64,000 bases of DNA, taken from positions 248,001 to 312,000 of the IMG/VR virus record IMGVR_UViG_3300017917_001123. The stretch is one strand, 5' to 3'. Position numbers and translations under genes: made by a program. The number at the start of each line of letters is the position of its first letter. Within the stretch, counting starts at the first letter, position 1. Below, one piece after another: positions 37,646-47,612 of this stretch. A model generated the notes under the pieces. The model had not been told where the DNA came from. It did no database searches and worked only from the letters and a program-made list of their open reading frames with translations.

Positions 37646-37896
37646 GCTTATATAAACAACTACACATTGACACAATTAAGTTAGGAGCCCGTGCCCAAAC
37701 TGAACACGATTTTGGAGAGGAGGGAGCCATTCTTATTCCAAATGGAAAATCCAAAATATTTGTACATTGGATGACCGACAAAGGCAATATTCGTTCAACT
37801 TGGACTATGACTTATGCGTCCAAAATAAAAGGAAAAGTTCGTTTAATTAACGGTTTGGACAATGAACTTTCAATTCAAGTCTTGACAGACTGGTAA
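37642..37896 (+). CDS. hypothetical protein
   Basis: 84-aa ORF, ATGA overlap. Confidence 0.5.
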   Translation: MSLYKQLHIDTIKLGARAQTEHDFGEEGAILIPNGKSKIFVHWMTDKGNIRSTWTMTYASKIKGKVRLINGLDNELSIQVLTDW

Positions 37897-37910
37897 ATCT
37901 TTGCTATAAT
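37882..37910 (+). promoter_or_regulatory. consensus sigma70 (early-type) promoter
   Basis: TTGACA (37882-37887), 17 nt, TG-c-TATAAT (37905-37910), upstream of the ligase with SD AAGGA. Confidence 0.85.
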
Positions 37911-37939
37911 ATACATATAGACACTGAAAAAGGATCCAA

Positions 37940-39229
37940 ATGTATCAGATTATTCAAGAGCTTGAAGCAGACAATAGTCGCCTTGCTAAAGAAGCAATCA
38001 TTGAACGTGAAAAAGATAATGCTGAATTGTTTGAGGGCTTTGAACTTGCCCTAAGTCCATACATTACTTTTGGTGTTAAGAAAGTCCCTACACACGGTGG
38101 TCCAGACGGGCAAGGACTTCCTTGGGACGCATTTAAAGAACTTTGTCATCTTCTTAGCACTCGTCAGCTAACTGGCGACGATGCTCGTTCTGCTATTGAA
38201 CTAGCCCTTGGCGCAAGCACTAAAGCTCAATGGAATGATTGGTACCGTCGAATTCTTATTAAAGACCTCCGTTGCGGCGTTAGCGAAAAAACTGTAAATA
38301 AAGTTAAGAAAAACGCTGTACCAGTGTTTGAATGTATGCTGGCACACGACGGAGCCAATCATGAGAAGAAAATTAACGGTCTACGACTCCTCGAACCAAA
38401 GTTGGACGGTGTACGATGCCTCACAATCGTCGACTATGAATCTCGAACCGTGGTTCAGTACACACGAAATGGCAAAGTATTGGAAAACTTTAGCCACATT
38501 ACAGATAGCCTTCTTGCTAACATCGATGATATTGGTCGATCATATGTTCTTGACGGAGAAGTCGTTAGTCATAGCTTCCAAGACTTGATGAAGCAGGTAC
38601 ATCGCAAAGACGATGTAAAAGCACAAGACGCTCGGCTGATGCTGTTTGACATTTTGCCTCTTAGCGAGTTTAAGAAAGGCAAGAGCATCATGGGCCAAAA
38701 GCGCCGTAGCAATCTACTCAAAACCCTCAAACCCATCTTTGACAAGTGCGGTAGCATCGATGTTATTCCGCAAATTGAAGTCGACCTCGACAGCTATGTG
38801 GGAGAACTTCAATTCAAAGAATTTAACAAACAAGCAATCGAAGACGGCTTCGAAGGCATTATGATCAAGGTGCCAGATGCGGCATATGAATGTAAGCGAA
38901 GCACTAGCTGGCTCAAAATTAAACCCTTTATCGAAGTGTCGCTAACTGTAGTTGGCATTGAAGAGGGTACTGGTAAAAACGAAGGCCGACTTGGCGCATT
39001 AATCTGTGAGGGTGTAGATGACGGAAAAACTATCTCTGTCAATGTTGGATCGGGCTTTACTGACGACCAACGTTCTGAATTCTGGTCCGATCAAGGATCT
39101 TTGGTTGGTCAAGTCGTGGAGATCCGCGCTGATGCGGCGACTCGGAGCCAAGATAGCGAGGATGTGTGGTCGCTACGTTTTCCTCGTTTTCTCCGATTCC
39201 GAGGTTTCAAAGCAGGTGAAAAAATTTAA
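37940..39229 (+). CDS. ATP-dependent DNA ligase
   Basis: EPKLDGVR (motif I), VLDGE, EGIMIK, WLKIKP, VGSG, LRFPRF. Confidence 0.95.
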   Translation: MYQIIQELEADNSRLAKEAIIEREKDNAELFEGFELALSPYITFGVKKVPTHGGPDGQGLPWDAFKELCHLLSTRQLTGDDARSAIELALGASTKAQWNDWYRRILIKDLRCGVSEKTVNKVKKNAVPVFECMLAHDGANHEKKINGLRLLEPKLDGVRCLTIVDYESRTVVQYTRNGKVLENFSHITDSLLANIDDIGRSYVLDGEVVSHSFQDLMKQVHRKDDVKAQDARLMLFDILPLSEFKKGKSIMGQKRRSNLLKTLKPIFDKCGSIDVIPQIEVDLDSYVGELQFKEFNKQAIEDGFEGIMIKVPDAAYECKRSTSWLKIKPFIEVSLTVVGIEEGTGKNEGRLGALICEGVDDGKTISVNVGSGFTDDQRSEFWSDQGSLVGQVVEIRADAATRSQDSEDVWSLRFPRFLRFRGFKAGEKI

Positions 39230-39230
39230 G

Positions 39231-39491
39231 ATGGAAAAATCAGCAGTTAAAGACTTACTATTTGGGGGCATCAATGAGTTGATGCGTGACCGAAGATACT
39301 ACTATCACAGTTCGGTAGGATCGGGTTACAGTTATTGGACTGATGAAGGCAAGGAAGCCCTTATTGAGTATATGAATGTAATGGGCTGGAAACTAAAGGA
39401 AGCCGAAGAGGCCGACTTGAATAAGCGTTCGAAGGATATGGTAATGAACGCATTAAAGGGAAAGAATCTTGACGGAAGTAAGAGTTCTTGA
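39231..39491 (+). CDS. hypothetical protein
   Basis: MEKSAVKDLLFGG...; start re-chosen at ATG 39231 right after the ligase stop. Confidence 0.6.
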   Translation: MEKSAVKDLLFGGINELMRDRRYYYHSSVGSGYSYWTDEGKEALIEYMNVMGWKLKEAEEADLNKRSKDMVMNALKGKNLDGSKSS

Positions 39492-40077
39492 TAATGTAGT
39501 ACCTGTAGAAATACAGGATAAGGTGCTGGACATGGTTCAGCACCATCGCTTCAATTGGCATTTCGCACCTAGTAATGTCTATGAAGACGATGAAAATCGT
39601 GGCCAGACTTTTCTGGACAATCAAACTGTAGATTCTTATCAGTTTTATCATTTGTTTCTACAGACTCAAATGGGTTACAACGAGCCTTTCTATCAAAATT
39701 TTAGGCCGTTAATTCAAGAGATACAAAAGTCGTTTGATCTACAAAGCCGAAATGTCTTGCGTGTTAAAGCAAATATGCTGACTAACAACAGACGTTTCTA
39801 TCCACTGGCGTATAATCCTGCCCATGTGGATAATGAAGAAGAACATTGGGTAGTTGTTTACTATGTTAACGATTCGGATGGGGATACAGTAATTTTCAAT
39901 GAAACTTACGGTTCTTCGTTTGATAAACTTACCGAACAGGCAAGAGTTTCGCCTAAGAAAGGCAGAGCTGTATGCTTTCCGGGTAAGTATTTTCACGCTA
40001 GTTCAAATCCTATCAATTCGGAGTGGAGATGCGTGTTTAACATTAACCTGTCGATGACAGGGCCCATTGTTCTATAA
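39469..40077 (+). CDS. 2OG-Fe(II) oxygenase (prolyl-hydroxylase-like)
   Basis: PAHVD...VVYYVNDSDGDT, PKKGRAVCFPG..FHAS, RCVFNIN. Confidence 0.8.
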   Translation: MTEVRVLDNVVPVEIQDKVLDMVQHHRFNWHFAPSNVYEDDENRGQTFLDNQTVDSYQFYHLFLQTQMGYNEPFYQNFRPLIQEIQKSFDLQSRNVLRVKANMLTNNRRFYPLAYNPAHVDNEEEHWVVVYYVNDSDGDTVIFNETYGSSFDKLTEQARVSPKKGRAVCFPGKYFHASSNPINSEWRCVFNINLSMTGPIVL

Positions 40078-40093
40078 GGAGATGTAACTCAAA

Positions 40094-40309
40094 GTGGCAA
40101 AAGACGATTGTATCGTAATGTTCGGTACTGTTGAAGAAGTACTACCCAACGCAATGTTTCGCGTTAAGCTCGAAAGCGGACAATATGTTCTAGGACATAT
40201 CTCTGGTAAGATGCGTCAAAACAGAATTCAAATTCTACTAGGTGATAATGTCAAAATTGAAATGAGTCCATATGATTTGTCTAAGGGACGAATAGTTTAT
40301 AGACAATGA
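40094..40309 (+). CDS. infA: translation initiation factor IF-1
   Basis: AKDD.I...[13 protein letters not shown]....[30 protein letters not shown]. Confidence 0.95.
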   Translation: MAKDDCIVMFGTVEEVLPNAMFRVKLESGQYVLGHISGKMRQNRIQILLGDNVKIEMSPYDLSKGRIVYRQ

Positions 40310-41106
40310 TCCCTATCATTACAGGTTCTGACGGTTATATAGGAACCAACCTATCCCAGCTATTCAATAAGCACAATAGATCTTTTGTTGGGCTTGATCG
40401 CAAATCAGGTCCAGATCTCCTGAGTGCCGAGGGCAAGGATCTTTTTGAGGAATGTGCTAGTACAGCGGATGTAGTTATACATCTTGCGGCTCGTCCTCGA
40501 ATTCCTCCTAGCTGGGTAGATACTACTGCTTATATTCGTGATAACATTGAGCTAACAGAATATGTTGCTCGAATATGCGCCGAACAAGGCTGTCATTTAA
40601 TATTTGCTAGTTCTAGCTCTGTTTACGGGAACGGAACAGGTCCTCTGAATCCCTATGCTTGGACTAAAAAAGCCGGAGAGGACATTATTCGTATCTACGG
40701 CGAAAAAGGACTAAGTTACACAATTTGTCGCTTGTTTACTACCTTTGGCAATAACGGACCCTTGGTTTTAGATAAGTGGCTCAAGCAAAGCCTAGCCGGA
40801 GAACCTATAACACTCTACGGCGATGGCACACAAAGTAGAGATTTTATTCATGTAGAGGATGTAGCAGATGCTCTTTACTCTGCTTATCTTGCCAAATTAG
40901 ACAAAGAAACGCTAGATGTAGGCACAGGCAAAGCCCACAAACTACAGGATATTGCGGACTGGTACGGGAACGAAATTATTCGTGGTCCTGCTCAAGAGGG
41001 CTATGCTCACAGCACTCAAGCGAAAGCCCAGCGAACAATGGAATTGCTCAACTGGGCTCCTAAACGTCCAGTAATTAGTTGGATCCGTTCTGGCCTAGAT
41101 ATGTAG
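40306..41106 (+). CDS. NAD-dependent epimerase/dehydratase (extended SDR)
   Basis: [29 protein letters not shown] (YxxxK), [16 protein letters not shown]. Confidence 0.9.
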   Translation: MIPIITGSDGYIGTNLSQLFNKHNRSFVGLDRKSGPDLLSAEGKDLFEECASTADVVIHLAARPRIPPSWVDTTAYIRDNIELTEYVARICAEQGCHLIFASSSSVYGNGTGPLNPYAWTKKAGEDIIRIYGEKGLSYTICRLFTTFGNNGPLVLDKWLKQSLAGEPITLYGDGTQSRDFIHVEDVADALYSAYLAKLDKETLDVGTGKAHKLQDIADWYGNEIIRGPAQEGYAHSTQAKAQRTMELLNWAPKRPVISWIRSGLDM

Positions 41107-41602
41107 CCCAACTTGGGTGCGCCATGTGAAATGGCAACTTCTTACGTTGTTCAATAAGTTCCCAATAAGTAGGCTTATAAGGCTTCTTCTTAGGCACGAT
41201 TTTCTTGTTGTTACCCTTGTTTGCGTTACATGGAGAACAGGCAGTCGTTGCGTTTTCAAAGGTAGACTTACCACCGTGCGATGTTGGAACCACGTGGTCT
41301 AGGGTAGCAGTCTTTTTATTGACTTCGGTACCGCAGTACTGGCATTTAAATCCGTCGCGAAGAAATACGTTCTGCTTAGAGTAGCGAACGCCTGTTTTCG
41401 GCTTCATGTATTCTTTTACCATAATAACAGCCGGTACAGGAGTAGACCAGCGAGCTGATCTAACGACCCAGTCGTCGTGCCATTCCAATACAATAGCTTT
41501 GTCCAAAACCATGTATCGAATAGCTTCCTGCCATGTAATTACACTCAACGGAAGCATTGAAACTGGGCTTCCGTCTGTGTTTAAAACTAAAACGTCTGAC
41601 AT
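41075..41602 (-). CDS. HNH endonuclease (McrA/HNH_5-like)
   Basis: VLVLN, NVFLRD.F.CQYCG, TLDHVVP.S.GG.S.FEN.TTAC..CN..K. Confidence 0.9.
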   Translation of the reverse strand: MSDVLVLNTDGSPVSMLPLSVITWQEAIRYMVLDKAIVLEWHDDWVVRSARWSTPVPAVIMVKEYMKPKTGVRYSKQNVFLRDGFKCQYCGTEVNKKTATLDHVVPTSHGGKSTFENATTACSPCNANKGNNKKIVPKKKPYKPTYWELIEQRKKLPFHMAHPSWATYLGQNGSN

Positions 41603-41609
41603 AATCACA

Positions 41610-41684
41610 TATTTAGTGGGGGTTAAAACAGCTTTTAGTATAACAGATCACAATGGTTTAATCAAGAGCTCTAGGCAATAAATA
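41610..41684. promoter_or_regulatory. divergent late-type boxes
   Basis: CTAAATA minus (41616-41610) 7 nt before ATG 41602; TAAATA plus (41679-41684) 6 nt before ATG 41691. Confidence 0.55.
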
Positions 41685-41690
41685 CGCAGT

Positions 41691-41957
41691 ATGAGCCGCC
41701 AAAAATCACTATTACAAGAATATACCGCCGATCCAAAAGCTATAAAAGAAGCACGTTCTGAGCCCTTTCCAGAGCCAGTAATCGACCGCAGTTTGAGCTT
41801 TTTACGTGCTATTGTGCTAGATTTACCCATCCAAACGGGTAGTGTAGTAGAAAGTACACAAGAATATACCGAAATGGAACGAGCAATTATGGAAGGTGGA
41901 CACAGTTTAGAAGAAGAACAAATGGCAATGCTTAAAAAATTAGCAGGATTAAAATAA
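41691..41957 (+). CDS. hypothetical protein
   Basis: 88-aa ORF directly after a TAAATA box; ends LKKLAGLK. Confidence 0.6.
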   Translation: MSRQKSLLQEYTADPKAIKEARSEPFPEPVIDRSLSFLRAIVLDLPIQTGSVVESTQEYTEMERAIMEGGHSLEEEQMAMLKKLAGLK

Positions 41958-43715
41958 ATGACAACAGCGACAATTCTTTTTATTAACACAGGAACATCTG
42001 CTAATAAGGGCGACGGTGATAGTCTACGCCTAGCATTTCACAAAGTAAACAAAAACTTTGAGCTTTTAGGTGTTACTACAGGTTTCGACACAAATGCTGT
42101 CAAAGATACAGTTTCGGAAATTTTAACTCAAGGAACACACTACGGTATTTCATATCTGTACAACACAGCAACAAACGTAATTATTTCTAGTTTAACTACA
42201 GCAACAACTGATCGTTTAGGCGGTGTTAAACCGGGATCGGGAATTTCTATTACCGCAGACGGTACAATTTCTGCGGCTACTGCTTATGTGCTACCTATTG
42301 CTACAGCAAACCAATTAGGCGGTGTGCGTGTAGGTAATGGCCTAGCAATTGATCAATTTGGTGTGCTTTCAAATGACGGCGTTACAGCATTCCGTCCTAA
42401 TGTAAGTCAACCATTTAGAACAGGTAATATTACATTACAATCAACAGACATTAGTTTTGCCCTAGGATTTACTCCTCTTAACGCAAACCTAAAAGGCGCC
42501 CTAAACGGCGTAGCAGAATTAGACGGTACAGGTAAGGTTCCGTTAAGTCAAATGAACGAGGCAGTTCTTGGAGGATTGAACTTCCAAGGAACATGGAACG
42601 CAAGTTCAAACAATCCACAGATACAAAGCGGAGTTGGTACTAAAGGTTACTACTATAAAGTCAGTGTAGCAGGTACTACTAGCATTGACGGGATTGGTAT
42701 TTGGAACGTTGGTGACTTAATTCTTTATAATGGTACTGCTTGGCTAAAGATTGACGGTACTACAACAGAAGTTTTATCTGTTGCAGGCCGTACAGGCGAC
42801 GTTGTACTTTCTTTTACAGACATCAACGGAAATATCGATCGTTCTGCGTTCAGCGCAACAAGTACAGCAACTAACCTAGCACTGGGCACAGTTAAGTTAG
42901 GTACAGGTCTAGTAGGTGCGGTAGACGGAACAGTTAGTGTATCTGAAGCACTACTTGGAAGTACATTACCTGCCACAACATCTACACTTGGAGTTATTAA
43001 AGTTGGAGATGGTTTATTAATTACTCCAGACGGTACATTAAGTGCTGTTGTTGGTAGTTCTGGAAACATTACTTTCCAAGGCAACGAAATTAGAACTATT
43101 GAATTAGATACTGATCTAGTTCTTCGTCCGACCAGTAACGTAGTAAGATTCTATACAACATTGTTACATATGGGCGGTAATAACAACTTGTTGTTAAGAA
43201 CTAACCAATTTTTAAATGCAGGTCTAGCAACAGATTCAACAAACTTCAGCTTACGTATTGTAGGTGATAGTAACGTAGGTACTACATTATTTGATGCTGG
43301 TATCTACAATAGCCCAATTGCAACCACTGGTTGGTCAAGTAAGATGCTGTTAACAAAGAATGGTAACTTAACAGTTGCTGGTACGTTGCGTGTTAACGGT
43401 GTGGGCGGAATTACATTTGCGGACGGATCAACTCAAACAACCGCAGCCGCATTAACTACAGCAACAACTACAGCAGTCGGTGGTATTGTTGTAGGCAATG
43501 GTTTGACAATAGATGGTGCTGGTGTTCTTAGCGTTGTGTTAGGAACAACAGGCGGACAGATTACGGACGTAAGCGCAACAAGAGGTACTATTACTTCTGG
43601 AACAGAACCAGGTGATCCAGGTATGGTATCTTATGACGGTTCTTATCTATATCTATGTATTGCTACAAATACATGGGCAAGGATCGCAATCGTTGACGTT
43701 CCAGGACAATGGTAA
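41958..43715 (+). CDS. tail fibre-like protein
   Basis: N-terminal INTG..AN.GDGDSLR.AF.K.N.NF; five ATxxxLGxxKxGxGLxIxxDGxxS repeats; C-terminal SYDGSYLYLC.ATNTW.R. Confidence 0.75.
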   Translation: MTTATILFINTGTSANKGDGDSLRLAFHKVNKNFELLGVTTGFDTNAVKDTVSEILTQGTHYGISYLYNTATNVIISSLTTATTDRLGGVKPGSGISITADGTISAATAYVLPIATANQLGGVRVGNGLAIDQFGVLSNDGVTAFRPNVSQPFRTGNITLQSTDISFALGFTPLNANLKGALNGVAELDGTGKVPLSQMNEAVLGGLNFQGTWNASSNNPQIQSGVGTKGYYYKVSVAGTTSIDGIGIWNVGDLILYNGTAWLKIDGTTTEVLSVAGRTGDVVLSFTDINGNIDRSAFSATSTATNLALGTVKLGTGLVGAVDGTVSVSEALLGSTLPATTSTLGVIKVGDGLLITPDGTLSAVVGSSGNITFQGNEIRTIELDTDLVLRPTSNVVRFYTTLLHMGGNNNLLLRTNQFLNAGLATDSTNFSLRIVGDSNVGTTLFDAGIYNSPIATTGWSSKMLLTKNGNLTVAGTLRVNGVGGITFADGSTQTTAAALTTATTTAVGGIVVGNGLTIDGAGVLSVVLGTTGGQITDVSATRGTITSGTEPGDPGMVSYDGSYLYLCIATNTWARIAIVDVPGQW

Positions 43716-43735
43716 AAACTTTTTAGGATAGATAT

Positions 43736-46700
43736 ATGGGTATTAAGATTTCACAACTGCCAACACTGACTCTTGGAAACATCAGAGATGCTAACCAATT
43801 GCCAGTAGTTGATACTACAACACTAGGTACTAAAAAAGTTACCATCGGTGACATTAAAACCTATGCGACACAGGGATTAAGTGCGCTGGCGTTTTCTGGA
43901 AGCTACGCAGATCTAGTTAACGTTCCAACAACGTTTCCAATTCCTACAGCTAGCCCAACAACGTTGGGTGGTATACGTGTTGGTGGATTTTTAAATATTG
44001 ACCAAAACGGTGTTCTAAGCGCAGACCCTGGCTTCTATAACATCAACGTAGGTAACGTACAGATTAACTCTGCCAATGGCGCATTAAACGTTATTGCTGG
44101 TAATAACGTAACTATTGACGCAGACGATCTAACTAACACAATTATTATCAACAGCTCCGGTGGCAGCGGCGGTGGCTCTGGCAACGTAGGAAAAGCAAAC
44201 ACAGGAACATTAGCAGTTTACTTTAATACTAATACCGTAACAGGTACAAACATTACAATCGAAGGCGGAAGTATTACTACTGACGGAGTAGTAACAGCCG
44301 CAGGCTTTGTTGGCGAAAGACTTACCGCAACTAGCATTGTTACTACAGTAGGCGATTTAATACTAGCACCAAGCGCAAACGTTTCTGTAACAGGAAAACG
44401 TATCGTTAACTTATCAACACCAGTTGGTTCAAACGATGCGGCAACCAAAGCCTACGTAGATGCTCAGACAAGTCGTGCGTTTGGTAAAGTTTCTGTTCCA
44501 GGACAGGGACTAGTATCAGCAACTTCTGGTACAGATACATTAAACTTTGCCGCAGGTAATAACGTTACGCTTTCGACTAACCCTGCTACAAAGACAGTTA
44601 CTATCGCAGTTAACAATACACTATCTTTTGCTCTATTACCTGCTACAACAAGTAGTATCGGTGGTGTTATCATTGGCTCAGGATTGTCAATTGACCAAAA
44701 CGGTGTAGTAACTGCTTCGGCTCAAGCTCTTACAACCGCAACAACAAGTACGCTCGGCGGAATCATTATCGGTGATGGACTATCAATTGACGGCAATGGA
44801 AGATTAAGTTCAGCCGCTCAGTTTGTTCTTAATACTGCGTCTTCAACAGTTGTTGGTGGTGTTAAGATTGGTTTTGGTTTACAAATTGATAGTCAAGGTA
44901 CTATTAGCGTACCAACACAAGTTTTAACAACAGCAACTAAATTCTTATTAGGTGGTGTTAAGATTGGTAACTCGATTGCTGCCGCGGTAGACGGAACAAT
45001 TGATGTTAACGTAGGTCAACTAACTCCAGCAACTACATCTTCCTTAGGAGTTGTAAAACCGGGTTACGGTCTAAGTGTAAGACCAGATGGATCACTAGAC
45101 TTAGGAGTCGACGGTAACTTTACTATCACAGGTAACCTAAGCGTTGCTGGTGTAATTAGTGCCACAAACATTTTTACAACAGGCACAGCAGTTACTATTA
45201 TTAGTAGTGCTAATGATCTTCAATTACGTGCGGCAGGCCAAGTAATTACAAATACAACATTGTATGTAAACACTAGTACACCTGCTACTTCTACATCAAC
45301 TGGTGCTTTACAAGTGTGGGGCGGAATTGGCGTAGGTAAGAATATTATTACAGGTGAACCAAGTATTATTGATGGCGTTTATATCAGCGGTTCTCGTACA
45401 GCCGGAGGTGTTTACAACATTGCTTTAGGTTCAGGTGCGTTGGGATCTAACGCAGGCGCATCTTATCTAACAGCAGTCGGTTATAATGCTCTTCAATTAG
45501 CAAACGTAAGTGAAAACTCTGCGTTCGGGTATAATGCTGGTAATTCTTTAACTAACGGCAGCAAGAATACATTCATCGGACAAGCCGCCGGTTCTGGACT
45601 GGCAAGCGGAACATTTAACTCTGTATTAGGCCATCAGTCTTATACTGGTCAAGGTGCTAGTTCGTACAATACTATTTTAGGTAGCAATATCAATGCTAAC
45701 GCTAACCAAGTACAAAGTTACAATACATTTATTGGTTATAATATTGCTAACATTACAAACCGTCCTGGTTCGTATAACATCGCAATCGGTGGTAACAACC
45801 TACAGGCAACAACTGGCACAAGTAACATTGTAATTGGATACGGTGCTGGAAGCGGATTAACAACAGCCAGCAACCAAGTTATCATTGGTGGATACAACGG
45901 AACGGCTATTGCTACACAAACAGGCTACATTAGTCTTGCTGACGGAATAGGTAATCTTCGTGCTCAGTGGGATAACAAAGGACAGGTTACATTCTTTAAT
46001 ACAGCAACATTCTTTGCCACACAGAATGCTACTAACTCTACAAACAGCGGCGCATTAATTGTTGCTGGTGGTGCTGGTATTGGACAGGATTTATATGTTG
46101 GCGGAACAATTTACTCACAAGGTTCTCCAGTAATTACACAGGCGTATCTTGGTACTCCAATTAGTACAATCACAGCAGGTACTGATACTAAAGTAGTTAC
46201 AGCAGGTAGCGCAGTTACAATTTGGAATACATCGACTCTACAATCTATTACGTCAAGAGGAAACACTACTTCTAACCCAATTAGAATTACAAGTCAAGCA
46301 TCAACAACTGGTACTAGTACAGGTGCCTTAATCCTTGACGGCGGACTAGGACTAGCAGGAAGTATCCAAGCAGGTGGTACTATTAACGCAGGTGCTGACA
46401 GTACCGCAAGTTCGATTGCTGAAACTGTTGGTTTATTTGATCGTGGCCGTCGTGTAATGACACAGGCAATTTTAACTGGCGACCTAGGAATCGAAGTAAC
46501 ATCAAGTAGCAATACTGCTACTGTAATGGCCTATAACATCAAGAACACTGGTGTAAGATTTATTACTCCGGGCGATGGCCTTGCTATGTTAGTAAACGGA
46601 ACAAGTGCGGTTGCTAATGGTACTGGCTCTGTTACACTTTCTGTTACTGCGGGCCTTGAACAAGTTTCTGTAAACGGTAATACAACAGCATTCCCGATTA

Positions 46701-47611
46701 AAGTTCTAAGTACAGGATCTGTTTCAACAAGTTCCAACTCTGGTGCTCTTGTTGTTGCGGGCGGTATGGGTGTAACTGGTGCTGTTAATATTTCTGGTAG
46801 TTTAACTTTAAACGGCGCGGCAATTACAACATCTACTGTGTTTAACGGTGGAACAATTACCGGAGCATTGTTTGTTAATAATGCTACTGCTAGTACAACT
46901 CCGACAACTGGTGCGTTACGTGTAGCAGGCGGAGCAGGTATTCAAGGAGATGTTAACGTAGGTGGAAGTATCTTCATCAACGGTGTTCAGTTATCAACAA
47001 GTACAATCTTTAACGGCGGTACTATTACTGGAGCATTAACAGTTAATAATGCCACTGATGCTACTTCAACCGGAACTGGTGCTATTATTACTACAGGTGG
47101 CGTAGGTATTGGTAAGAACTTGTACGTCGGCGGAAGTATTTTTGAAGTAAACGTTGCGTCAGGAACTACATCGTTGGTTGGCAATGGACCTTCATTTAGT
47201 GCCTATAGGTCGACCACCCAGGCAGTTGCCTCCGGAGCAACACCAGTTAAGATTACTTACAACACAGAAGAATTTGATACAGATGGCGCATACGACAACG
47301 TTTCAAATTTCCGCTTCCAACCTGTAGTTGCTGGATATTATAGAGTTAGTGCGTCAATACAGCAAGGCGGTACAAGTGCTACTGGCTATTCAGCAATATC
47401 AATTTACAAAAACGGTTCGGCATTTAAACACGGTAATCGCTTGCCAAACAACGCTAACTCGGTTGTTGTACAAGTGACTGCTCTAATTCAAATGAACGGC
47501 ACTACTGATTACTTAGAAATCTTTTACGCACAAACAACTGGCGCAAGTATGACTATTGCGGCAAGCCAGCAATACAATTATTTCCAAGCAGAATTTGTAA
47601 GAGGTCTGTAA
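43736..47611 (+). CDS. long tail fibre / adhesin protein
   Basis: 1291 aa, G/T/S/N-rich; six LGGxxIGxGL repeats, six STxxGALxVxGGxGIG repeats, NxxxGxxA beta-roll, C1q-like C-terminus. Confidence 0.8.
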   Translation: MGIKISQLPTLTLGNIRDANQLPVVDTTTLGTKKVTIGDIKTYATQGLSALAFSGSYADLVNVPTTFPIPTASPTTLGGIRVGGFLNIDQNGVLSADPGFYNINVGNVQINSANGALNVIAGNNVTIDADDLTNTIIINSSGGSGGGSGNVGKANTGTLAVYFNTNTVTGTNITIEGGSITTDGVVTAAGFVGERLTATSIVTTVGDLILAPSANVSVTGKRIVNLSTPVGSNDAATKAYVDAQTSRAFGKVSVPGQGLVSATSGTDTLNFAAGNNVTLSTNPATKTVTIAVNNTLSFALLPATTSSIGGVIIGSGLSIDQNGVVTASAQALTTATTSTLGGIIIGDGLSIDGNGRLSSAAQFVLNTASSTVVGGVKIGFGLQIDSQGTISVPTQVLTTATKFLLGGVKIGNSIAAAVDGTIDVNVGQLTPATTSSLGVVKPGYGLSVRPDGSLDLGVDGNFTITGNLSVAGVISATNIFTTGTAVTIISSANDLQLRAAGQVITNTTLYVNTSTPATSTSTGALQVWGGIGVGKNIITGEPSIIDGVYISGSRTAGGVYNIALGSGALGSNAGASYLTAVGYNALQLANVSENSAFGYNAGNSLTNGSKNTFIGQAAGSGLASGTFNSVLGHQSYTGQGASSYNTILGSNINANANQVQSYNTFIGYNIANITNRPGSYNIAIGGNNLQATTGTSNIVIGYGAGSGLTTASNQVIIGGYNGTAIATQTGYISLADGIGNLRAQWDNKGQVTFFNTATFFATQNATNSTNSGALIVAGGAGIGQDLYVGGTIYSQGSPVITQAYLGTPISTITAGTDTKVVTAGSAVTIWNTSTLQSITSRGNTTSNPIRITSQASTTGTSTGALILDGGLGLAGSIQAGGTINAGADSTASSIAETVGLFDRGRRVMTQAILTGDLGIEVTSSSNTATVMAYNIKNTGVRFITPGDGLAMLVNGTSAVANGTGSVTLSVTAGLEQVSVNGNTTAFPIKVLSTGSVSTSSNSGALVVAGGMGVTGAVNISGSLTLNGAAITTSTVFNGGTITGALFVNNATASTTPTTGALRVAGGAGIQGDVNVGGSIFINGVQLSTSTIFNGGTITGALTVNNATDATSTGTGAIITTGGVGIGKNLYVGGSIFEVNVASGTTSLVGNGPSFSAYRSTTQAVASGATPVKITYNTEEFDTDGAYDNVSNFRFQPVVAGYYRVSASIQQGGTSATGYSAISIYKNGSAFKHGNRLPNNANSVVVQVTALIQMNGTTDYLEIFYAQTTGASMTIAASQQYNYFQAEFVRGL

Positions 47612-47612
47612 T

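Noticed and set aside
41075-41602. Mobile homing endonuclease or intron
   Set aside because: Free-standing McrA-like HNH with its own promoter box; it does not interrupt a gene and no intron structure is visible.
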